DNA of 63,958 nucleotides, the filler included. It is 4 parts of 4 records of this genome, joined end to end, with 100 filler letters (N's around TTAATTAATTAA, not from the genome) between each part and the next. Parts side by side here need not be neighbours in the genome. Positions count along the whole stretch, not along the records: positions 36,685 to 43,804 come from SRR22947725_5389; positions 43,905 to 63,958 come from SRR22947725_5393; 2 more parts are not named here. One strand, written 5' to 3'. Positions 41,998-50,102 of this stretch are shown here, piece after piece. Within the stretch, counting starts at the first letter, position 1. Every line of letters starts with the position of its first letter. Made by a program: the position numbers and the translations under genes. The notes beneath the pieces are model-generated. The model worked only from the letters and a program-made list of their open reading frames with translations, had not been told where the DNA came from and ran no database searches.

Positions 41998-43689
41998 ATG
42001 AAAGTTATAAGTGAAATTGTTAATGAAATTAAGTTAATTACGGGTGATAAACATGTAATAACTAGCAAATGGGGAAAAGAACCGTTTAGCAAGGGTTGGA
42101 GATATGGAGAGGGTGAAACATTAGCTGTTGTTAAACCAGGTACACTATTAGATATTTGGAAAATTTTACAGAAATGTATTGAATATGACGTTATTGTAAT
42201 AATGCAAGCTGCTAATACTGGTTTAACTGGAGGTTCAACTCCTTTTGGAAAGGGTTACGATAGATCAATTATAATTATAAATACATTAAGAATAAAATCT
42301 ATTCATGTTATTGAAAATGGCAAACAAATTATTGCTCTTCCTGGAAGTAGTTTATATGATTTAGAAAATAAACTTAAACCATTTAAAAAAGAACCACATT
42401 CTGTTATTGGTTCAACTTCAATTGGAGCTTCTATTGTAGGAGGGGTTTGCAATAATTCAGGTGGATCTTTAGTTCACAGAGGACCAGCCTATACTGAATT
42501 AGCATTATATGCAAAAGTTAATAAGGATGGTAAGCTAGAATTAATTAACGAGTTAGATATAAATCTAGGTTCTAGTCCTGAGGAGATTTTATTTAATTTA
42601 GAAAACAAAAATTACAGTGATTCAGATATTTTAAAATCTAAAAAGTTAGGTTCAGATGATAAATACTCTGAAATAGTTAGAGGAGTTGACCAAAGCACTC
42701 CAGCTCGTTTTAATGCAGATAAAAGATTATTACATTCTGCTTCTGGAAGTGCTGGAAAAATTGCTGTATTTGCGTTACGTTTAGATACATATGAAGCTCC
42801 GAAAAAAAGTAAAGTATTTTATGTCGGTTCTAACAATCAAGATGATTTTTGGAAAATAAGAAAAGATATTCTTGCCAATTTTAATGAACTTCCCAGACTT
42901 GGAGATTACATGCACAGGGATTGTTACGATGCTGCAAAAAAATACAGTAAGGACACATTTGTAGTAATTGAAAGACTTGGAACAAACTTTTTACCATCAC
43001 TTTTTGAATTTAAAAGAATTGTGGACATCATAGCAGAGAAAGTTAAATTTCTCCCTGAAAAATTTTCTGATAAACTAATGCAGTTTTTAAGTAATTTTTG
43101 GCCTAATCATCTGCCTAAAAAAATGGAACTTTTTAGAAATCAATTTGAACATCATTGGATAATTGAAATGACCGACAAAGGTATTGATGAAGCTGAGGCT
43201 TATTTTAAAGATTTTTTCAAGAACAAAGAAGGTGATTTTTTTATATGTAATTCTAATGAAGGAAAAAAAGCAATGCTTCACAGATATGTTTCAGCTAGTG
43301 CAATTGGTAGATATCAAGCATTAAATAAAAAAAATATTGGAGAAATGATGTCTTTAGATATAGCATTTCCAAGAAATGAAAAAAACTGGTTAGAAACTCT
43401 ACCAAAAAAAATTAATGATAAACTTGAATTAAAATTTTATTACGGTCATTTGTTTTGTCATGTATTTCATCATAATTATATTCTAAAAAAAGGGGTCGAT
43501 GCTAATAAATTAAAAGAAGAATTGTTAAAAATTTATGACAGAAGAGGAGCACAATATCCTGCCGAACATAATGTAGGTCACGAATACAAAGCAATGCCTG
43601 TTCTTATTGAGTTTTATAAAAATTTAGATCCAACTAATTTTTTCAACCCTGGAATTGGGCAAACTAGTAAACTTAAAAATTGGAAATAA
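41998..43689 (+). CDS. dld: FAD-dependent (quinone-linked) D-lactate dehydrogenase, E. coli Dld type
   Basis: MQAANTGLTGGSTP, EPHSVIGS, NNSGG.LV.RGPAYTE, TPARFNAD.R, YYGH..CHVFH, GA.YPAEHNVGH.Y. Confidence 0.93.
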   Translation: MKVISEIVNEIKLITGDKHVITSKWGKEPFSKGWRYGEGETLAVVKPGTLLDIWKILQKCIEYDVIVIMQAANTGLTGGSTPFGKGYDRSIIIINTLRIKSIHVIENGKQIIALPGSSLYDLENKLKPFKKEPHSVIGSTSIGASIVGGVCNNSGGSLVHRGPAYTELALYAKVNKDGKLELINELDINLGSSPEEILFNLENKNYSDSDILKSKKLGSDDKYSEIVRGVDQSTPARFNADKRLLHSASGSAGKIAVFALRLDTYEAPKKSKVFYVGSNNQDDFWKIRKDILANFNELPRLGDYMHRDCYDAAKKYSKDTFVVIERLGTNFLPSLFEFKRIVDIIAEKVKFLPEKFSDKLMQFLSNFWPNHLPKKMELFRNQFEHHWIIEMTDKGIDEAEAYFKDFFKNKEGDFFICNSNEGKKAMLHRYVSASAIGRYQALNKKNIGEMMSLDIAFPRNEKNWLETLPKKINDKLELKFYYGHLFCHVFHHNYILKKGVDANKLKEELLKIYDRRGAQYPAEHNVGHEYKAMPVLIEFYKNLDPTNFFNPGIGQTSKLKNWK

Positions 43690-43751
43690 CCTTTTATTAG
43701 CTAGTCTTTTTTATGAAATATTTTAAACCTATTTTTGTTTAAAATTTAATA

Positions 43752-43804
43752 ATGGCTGGAAATTCATTTGGTAACATATTCAAACTAACAACATTTGGAG
43801 AATC
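43752..43804 (+). CDS. aroC: Chorismate synthase N-terminus (partial)
   Basis: MAGNSFGNIFKLTTFGE(S); preceded by TATTTTTG (TAnnTTTG) at 43730-43737. Confidence 0.85.
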
Positions 43805-43904
43805 NNNNNNNNNNNNNNNNNNNNNNNNNNNNNNNNNNNNNNNNNNNNTTAATTAATTAANNNNNNNNNNNNNNNNNNNNNNNNNNNNNNNNNNNNNNNN
43901 NNNN
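43805..43904. other. Artificial contig linker
   Basis: N44-TTAATTAATTAA-N44. Confidence 0.98.
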
Positions 43905-45029
43905 AACATTTTAAAAAAGATCAAAGATGCTTCGAAGGATCAAAAAGCTGAGCTCAAGGCATTGGAACAACAACTGGCCAAGGTGAAGGATACCGCACCG
44001 GCGCCTCTGCCAAAGGCAATCACCGTCGGCGTGGAGAAGGATGCAGGGGACTACGCGGTGTGTGTCCGCGGTAATGTGCATCAACTTGGAGCAAAAGTGC
44101 CTCGAGGTTTCCTCACGGTCGCACTCGATAAAAACGCATCAAGCCCAGCGATCCCTGAGGGAGAAACCGGACGCCTCGAGCTGGCCCAATGGTTAACCAG
44201 CTCCGACAACCCACTCACTCCTCGCGTGTATGTTAATCGAGTATGGCATCACCTTTTTGGTCGTGGCATCGTGAGGTCTGTGGATAATTTTGGAACCACA
44301 GGCGATGCCCCCACCCACCCGGAATTGCTGGATTACCTCAGCTATCAATTTGTCCAGAACAATTGGTCCACCAAACGACTGGTGAGGGAGCTTGTTCTTT
44401 CGCGCACTTACCGTCTGAGTTCATCAGGCACAGGTGCGAACCAGAGCAGAGACCCTGACAACGCACTGCGCTCACGCATGATTCCGAGAACCTTGCCTGC
44501 GGAAGCAATACGTGATTCGATACTGATTGCGAGCGGACAGCTCCAGGGAGGCCGCATCACCAGTATGCTGCCTGGCGCAGCGTCTTCCGATTCTGCACTT
44601 CGTAATGCCAAACTGGATTACGAAAGCATTGTCAGTCCGCGCGTAAGATCTGTTTATATTCCGATCTTTCGTGAAGAGGGGAGGAATGCATTGCTGGATA
44701 ACTTCGATTTTGCCAACCCAAGTTTCACCGTAGGACGGCGAACACCCGGGGTTCGACCGACACAATCGTTGTATCTCATGAACAACGCATGGATCATGGA
44801 CCAGGCCGAATTCGCGGCCGCCAAGTTGCTGAGTAAAAAAGATTATTCAGACGGCGAAAGACTGTTGCATGCGTACATGGCAACGCTTTCAAGGGAACCC
44901 AGTCAGGCTGAGAAACTGATCGCCATGGATTTTTTAACCAAGGCCGAAGGCCAGCATCAACAGCGAAAAGCATGGGAAGGCATTTACCATGCGCTGTTTT
45001 CATGCGTCGACTTCCGCTACATTCATTGA
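43905..45029 (+). CDS. DUF1553 (PSD1) domain protein, C-terminal part of a PVC cytochrome-domain protein (partial)
   Basis: GRLELA.WL....NPLT.RV.VNRVWHHLFGRGIV.SVDNFG..G..PTHPELLD.L, AEAIRD, RSVY, Q.LYLMN; frame open from the contig start. Confidence 0.9.
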   Translation, partial: NILKKIKDASKDQKAELKALEQQLAKVKDTAPAPLPKAITVGVEKDAGDYAVCVRGNVHQLGAKVPRGFLTVALDKNASSPAIPEGETGRLELAQWLTSSDNPLTPRVYVNRVWHHLFGRGIVRSVDNFGTTGDAPTHPELLDYLSYQFVQNNWSTKRLVRELVLSRTYRLSSSGTGANQSRDPDNALRSRMIPRTLPAEAIRDSILIASGQLQGGRITSMLPGAASSDSALRNAKLDYESIVSPRVRSVYIPIFREEGRNALLDNFDFANPSFTVGRRTPGVRPTQSLYLMNNAWIMDQAEFAAAKLLSKKDYSDGERLLHAYMATLSREPSQAEKLIAMDFLTKAEGQHQQRKAWEGIYHALFSCVDFRYIH

Positions 45030-45102
45030 TCGATCATTCACATTGAATGCGCAGCATCGGGCTTGCGTCTTTTAAATCACGTATAACAATCACCTTGCAT
45101 CT

Positions 45103-45558
45103 ATGAAAAAACGCTCATTTACATATTGGATACTGACCGCCTTTGCATTTGCCTCTTCCATTCAGATTGGAATCGCATCTCCGGCAGAAAACGAAACCAA
45201 GCCACTGAAAGCTGGATATCATGAAATCAAGGCCAAAAAAGCTGGGCTATTGCTAAAGAGTCATAAAGACCTGATCGTTTTGGATATCCGAACTGAAAAG
45301 GAATACGTCGCCGGTCACATTGCGAAAGCGAAGCATGTGGATTTTTATGAAAGCGATTTTAAATCCCGACTCGAAAAACTGGATCGCAAAACCCCGTATC
45401 TCGTGCATTGCGCTTCGGGTGGTCGCAGCGGACGCTCCCTGGGGATTTTTAGAGATCTCGGATTTACGCGCGTTTATCATATGAATGATGGATTCAAAGG
45501 ATGGATGAAAGAAAAACTCCCCTCCAAAAAAGGGAAACCAGAGAAAAATAAAAAATAA
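45103..45558 (+). CDS. Secreted single-domain rhodanese-like protein
   Basis: Signal peptide, LDIRT..EY..GHI, HCASGGRS active loop, GF.GW. Confidence 0.88.
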   Translation: MKKRSFTYWILTAFAFASSIQIGIASPAENETKPLKAGYHEIKAKKAGLLLKSHKDLIVLDIRTEKEYVAGHIAKAKHVDFYESDFKSRLEKLDRKTPYLVHCASGGRSGRSLGIFRDLGFTRVYHMNDGFKGWMKEKLPSKKGKPEKNKK

Positions 45559-45926
45559 CACTCACGCCCTCTTGACGCCAAATGTTGGCAAGTTCAAAGC
45601 CTTGTCATGATTACACAACCATTGATGGCTTTGTCAGGGGACCTGATGACACCCGAGTTATGATCGTGTCTTAAGTGCTTCACTGGGTTATTCGGACAGC
45701 TGTTCGCGCAGGCATCGCACCCATTCTGAAAAAGACTCAACAGCGCAGCAAGACAAAGCCTAATAATACACCTCATTACGACTGGTTGCGATATTGGCCC
45801 AATTTAATCAAATGAAGAACTCAAGCAACCTTGGCGTCCTCCACGCCTTGATCCAGCAGTTGCGGCAGAGCTGAGATTTAAAAATTCTGACAAATCAAAG
45901 CTCAACCCCGCCTACCACCCTTGGTC

Positions 45927-46493
45927 TTACTTGCTGCCCGGCTTCATTGCGTCTGAGCCTTTAAGATCATCGGGTAATTGATCCGGTTGAAAGGTCTCTA
46001 CCTTCATTCGGATGAGCGGGTGAAATGGCACACCAAAATCAACGGTCCCATTGGAGCGATCAACCAAGACCCCTATCCCCTTGACGTCTCCTTTGTGCTG
46101 CTGAATGATTTCCAGCGTTTCGGCCACGCGCCCACCTTTGGTTACCACGTCTTCGATCAACAGTATTGACTCTCCTGGCTCAATCTTAAAACCACGCCTG
46201 AGCACCAACTTCCCCTCCTCCTTTTCAACAAAGACATATCGCAAGCCCAGTTGACGGGCCACTTCCTGCCCGATGACCAGTCCCCCCATGGCAGGAGCGA
46301 CTACAGTCGTTGCTCCGAGCCCATTCATTTGAGCCGCCAGACCTGCACCTAGTTGCTCAACAATGGGCATTTGTTGAAGCGCCATAGCACATTGGAAAAA
46401 CTCACGACTGTGCAATCCGCTACGAAGAATAAAATGCCCCTTGAGCAGGGCTCCTGTCTGTTCAAAAATCTTTAGCGCTTCGTCTTGTGTCAT
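45927..46493 (-). CDS. pyrE: Orotate phosphoribosyltransferase
   Basis: ALLKGHFILRSGLHS, L.LRRGF, IEDVVTKGG PRPP loop, LVDRS. Confidence 0.93.
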   Translation of the reverse strand: MTQDEALKIFEQTGALLKGHFILRSGLHSREFFQCAMALQQMPIVEQLGAGLAAQMNGLGATTVVAPAMGGLVIGQEVARQLGLRYVFVEKEEGKLVLRRGFKIEPGESILLIEDVVTKGGRVAETLEIIQQHKGDVKGIGVLVDRSNGTVDFGVPFHPLIRMKVETFQPDQLPDDLKGSDAMKPGSK

Positions 46494-46574
46494 CAGGTCT
46501 GAGTATCCGATAAACGCGCCCGGGCCGCGAGTTTTTAATCGCTTTCAACTGGAATAAGACCTTAGCTGTGTTGC

Positions 46575-48062
46575 ATGACTGATTACGAAAAACTCAAAAC
46601 CCAATTCAAGGAAATCGGATATTTGAATCGCACAATTGCGCTGCTGGATTGGGATCATGAAACCTATCTCCCTGCCAAGGGTGTTGATTACAGGGCAGAT
46701 CAACAAGCTTTCCTGAGCGGCATGGCTCACAACAGGTTGGTTAGCGTAAAAGTTCAGGAACTGATCGAAGCCTGCGAATCGGATCAAGCAAATCTGAGCA
46801 CTCACGAACAAATCAATATCCGTGAATGGAGAAAGGACTACGATCGATCAGTCAAACTCCCAACAGAATTTGTCGAACGCTTCGAAAAAACCTGCTCGCT
46901 TGCCAAGGCATCCTGGGCCGAAGCACGCAGGGAAAATAAATTTGATATTTTCTCCAATCACCTGGAGCAAATCATCGATCTATCCCGCCAGAAAGCGGAT
47001 TACTATGGCTACGAGCAAACTGCCTACGATGCCTTGATGGACGTCTATGAGCCGGGCTGTACTACAGAATCCCTGAGCCCCGTATTTGCAGATCTAAAGA
47101 AATCCATCGTCGATTGGCTCCCTGAAGCCATCGAAACAACTCGGGACATTACGGATGCATTTTTAAAAGATGATTATCCCATTGCCGGTCAGATAAAGCT
47201 CAACGAAATTATTTCCAGAGCCCTTGAGTTCGATTTCGAATCAGGACGGATTGACGCAACCACGCACCCCTTCTGCACTGAACTGGGCCCTCATGACGTC
47301 CGCTTGACGACGCGATACGAAGCAGATGACTTTACGGTTTCACTCTACAGCGTTCTTCACGAGGCTGGGCATGGACTTTATGAGCAGGGTTTCAAAAGTG
47401 AACATGCGGGCACCCCCATGGCTGAAGCAGTTTCTCTCGGCATCCATGAATCACAATCCAGACTTTGGGAAAACAAAGTAGGACGAGCTCCTGCATTTTG
47501 GAATGACTGGCACTCCATCGCATGTGAACATTTACCCGCACTTAAACGATTTACGCCTGAACAACTCACAAAAGCAGTGAATCGAGTGAGCCCCTCCTAC
47601 ATTCGGGTGGAAGCTGATGAAGTCACCTATGATCTCCACATCATCTTGCGCTATGAATTGGAAAAAGCACTGATAGCCGGTGATCTCCATGTGAAAGATA
47701 TCCCGGGAGTCTGGAACGAACAATTCAAAGTCATGTTCGGAATCGAGGTACCGGATGATACGCAGGGATGTCTCCAGGATATTCACTGGAGCATGGGAGG
47801 CTTCGGCTATTTCCCTACCTATTCCCTCGGGAACCTCAATTCAGCACAACTTTACGCCTCCGCTCAAAAAGCACTTGGCCCCCAGCTTGGGGATCTCCAG
47901 AACGGCAACTATCACGGCCTTTTGGAATGGCTCAGAACAAACGTGCACCAATTTGGAAAACAATACTCCCCTGCTCAGCTCATGCAGAATGCGACAGGAA
48001 AACCAACGCAACCCGACTACCACTGGAGCTATCTCAAAGACCGTTTTTCCTCGATGGGCTGA
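46575..48062 (+). CDS. Carboxypeptidase M32 (Taq family)
   Basis: HPF, DVRLTTRY, HEAGH (HExxH), HESQSR, IRVEADE, GCLQDIHW, GYFPTY. Confidence 0.95.
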   Translation: MTDYEKLKTQFKEIGYLNRTIALLDWDHETYLPAKGVDYRADQQAFLSGMAHNRLVSVKVQELIEACESDQANLSTHEQINIREWRKDYDRSVKLPTEFVERFEKTCSLAKASWAEARRENKFDIFSNHLEQIIDLSRQKADYYGYEQTAYDALMDVYEPGCTTESLSPVFADLKKSIVDWLPEAIETTRDITDAFLKDDYPIAGQIKLNEIISRALEFDFESGRIDATTHPFCTELGPHDVRLTTRYEADDFTVSLYSVLHEAGHGLYEQGFKSEHAGTPMAEAVSLGIHESQSRLWENKVGRAPAFWNDWHSIACEHLPALKRFTPEQLTKAVNRVSPSYIRVEADEVTYDLHIILRYELEKALIAGDLHVKDIPGVWNEQFKVMFGIEVPDDTQGCLQDIHWSMGGFGYFPTYSLGNLNSAQLYASAQKALGPQLGDLQNGNYHGLLEWLRTNVHQFGKQYSPAQLMQNATGKPTQPDYHWSYLKDRFSSMG

Positions 48063-48395
48063 GTTCAGGTCCCTGATAAGCCGTTTCGTGGTGCTCACCT
48101 TTCTCCTGTCGCAACAACAGGAAGGAAAAGCGCATGTTCAGAAGACTGAAGATATTGTTCAAACTCGATGCCAATGTGGGGTCTGGGTATGAAGGGAAAC
48201 TCGACGATGTTGCCGGCAAGATTCTGATCATTGCAAAATCAAGGCCTGTTGTTCTGCTGAGCCTCCAGATATGAGAGATTCATATTTACTCTGCAATACA
48301 TCCCCCATGGAACAAGAATATGAGGCACCTTGAATTGAAGAAAATTTTACACATAGCCAAGATGTTACTCTGGAAACAATGAATTAAGGCACGGC

Positions 48396-48518
48396 CTATC
48401 TATCACAATGTAAATCGACTGCTTTTCTGAATACTCGATTGAAATGAATCAACGATCGGAAACCTATCTCAAAGGCATTTTTACTTATTCTGAGATTGGG
48501 ATTGAGCAGAAGGTTTTT
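48396..48518 (-). pseudogene. Relic C-terminal HTH of an AraC-family regulator
   Basis: Unlisted minus-strand frame KNLLLNPNLRISKNAFEIGFRSLIHFNRVFRKAVD...*; no start codon, and an in-frame TGA lies three codons upstream. Confidence 0.7.
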
Positions 48519-48748
48519 CTGGTTTCAACCATCATACAGCAACAAGGGGTTTCATTGCCTTCATCATACAGCTTTAAATACAATAAGTCATTGGTGCGAA
48601 GGGTAATAAATATACCTTTAGCCTCGATAAAGGGATGTCCGATTCCCTCGAATACAGAAGATTCAATCAGCCCTGTTGTGAGGTATTTATCCTGCTCGCT
48701 ATCATTTCCCTCCTCCACCCTGGCATTCCCTATCTCAGCCCACATTTC

Positions 48749-49531
48749 TCAGGTCTGAGCGCAGCCTGCCCTGACTGGCACTGATCCATCTCCACGCCTC
48801 CACAAGTCGGAACGAATCAATCCATAATTAGATTCTTTTCTGGATAACAGATGGAAACCTGCAGCACTCAAAAAGCAGTCTGGATCCGTCCAATGATTCG
48901 CAGCGATGGAAGTCACCCTGCGAAAAAACTGATACATCAACCAGTGCACCCACCTTGCTCGAACCTTTTGCCATCCTTTTGCTGCCGGGACTTGGAAGTC
49001 AGCCACTAACCAACTGGCATCAGGCTTACAAGCATTCGCAATTCTGGGTATGAGGGAGGTCAACTGTGGCTGCGTGAAACAATCCAGAAAAAAGGGAGTG
49101 GTCACCAAATCGAAGGTTTCCGTTCCCAGATCCGTATGCAGGGCATCCACATGTAACCAGGTAAATTGTCCTGGATCACACCCTGATGCGATGAGAACCT
49201 GCGTGGCTTGTTCCATCATCGGGCGACTTTGGTCGACAACTACAAATTGCGCGTGAGGCATGCTTTGAATCAGCGTCTCCAACAATCGCCCGGGCCCTTC
49301 ACCAAGCATCAGGACTCGAGAGCAAGGCTTCAAGACGTGCAGATGAGCGGTGCGCGCCTCTTGAAGTTTGCTGGACGCGAGGCATCTCTCCATCAGACGG
49401 TATGAAGCAGCTAACTTGTCAAATCCGGAGTGCAATGGGTGAAAATCTAAGTTCAGTGCAGTGCCAGCGAAAAAACATGAGAAAACCACCCAAGGCATAA
49501 GCAAGCAGATCCCAGAGATCTGAAACCGCAT
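48749..49531 (-). CDS. Class I SAM-dependent methyltransferase (true start probably near TTG 49435)
   Basis: FD.LA..YR.ME, LMLGEGPGR (motif I), VDQS, FDLV.TPFFLDCF, WLVADF. Confidence 0.8.
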   Translation of the reverse strand: MRFQISGICLLMPWVVFSCFFAGTALNLDFHPLHSGFDKLAASYRLMERCLASSKLQEARTAHLHVLKPCSRVLMLGEGPGRLLETLIQSMPHAQFVVVDQSRPMMEQATQVLIASGCDPGQFTWLHVDALHTDLGTETFDLVTTPFFLDCFTQPQLTSLIPRIANACKPDASWLVADFQVPAAKGWQKVRARWVHWLMYQFFRRVTSIAANHWTDPDCFLSAAGFHLLSRKESNYGLIRSDLWRRGDGSVPVRAGCAQT

Positions 49532-49832
49532 GATCGAACAACAAAGGCCCTATGAATTCAGCCATAAAGCCCCATAAGAGGCCGTGCCAGAAGATTTCAG
49601 CCCCGGTAACCCGCAATGCATGGGCACGCAGTCCTAATGCACCGTAGAGGCTCAATATCAACGGGAGAGCGCAAGGAAGCATCCATAGATCATTCCAATG
49701 ACGATCCATCCAACCAGAATCAGGACTCAAGGCCTGCCAAAACCTGTGAATGACATAGCATGCGATGGAGATACCCCAGAAAGGATCTTTCAGCAATTTG
49801 AGATTCCAAGGTCCTGAAGGGGGTTTCATCAC
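49419..49832 (-). CDS. Hypothetical membrane protein
   Basis: Several hydrophobic segments; ND...LP..LP, E...P and D..D..AY..GG pattern. Confidence 0.7.
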   Translation of the reverse strand: MMKPPSGPWNLKLLKDPFWGISIACYVIHRFWQALSPDSGWMDRHWNDLWMLPCALPLILSLYGALGLRAHALRVTGAEIFWHGLLWGFMAEFIGPLLFDHAVSDLWDLLAYALGGFLMFFRWHCTELRFSPIALRI

Positions 49833-49963
49833 AGCAATGCTACCATGATCAAACCAAACCCTATGGCAATCAATGTTTTAAAAATTAGTGTAATCATTTC
49901 AGTCAATGGAGCCTCTCCAAATGAAGCCAACAGACACGCAATCATGAAGTTCCAGCTCCACAT
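49829..49963 (-). CDS. Small hydrophobic protein (44 aa)
   Basis: ATG 49963: MWSWNFMIACLLASFGEAPLTEMITLIFKTLIAIGFGLIMVALL; stop overlaps the next start by 4 bp. Confidence 0.45.
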   Translation of the reverse strand: MWSWNFMIACLLASFGEAPLTEMITLIFKTLIAIGFGLIMVALL

Positions 49964-50069
49964 GGCAAGTGTATTTCTGGAGAATCTCAAGCCATACTTA
50001 CCACATGAATCAGCCAGTATGCCTGAAAAGAAAAATGCGCTTTCGGCCAAAAAACACTTGCAAGTATCG

Positions 50070-50092
50070 GGCAACGGTTGGTAACCGTTGCC
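50070..50092. promoter_or_regulatory. Perfect 10-bp inverted repeat upstream of topB
   Basis: GGCAACGGTT-GGT-AACCGTTGCC, ending 10 bp before ATG 50103; TTGCAA (-35-like) at 50058-50063. Confidence 0.6.
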
Positions 50093-50102
50093 AACATAGC
50101 TC

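Noticed and set aside
48444..48758. Listed ORFs 48444-48758 (+) and 48485-48745 (-)
   Set aside because: No recognisable motifs, they overlap each other, and they overlap the AraC relic in other frames.
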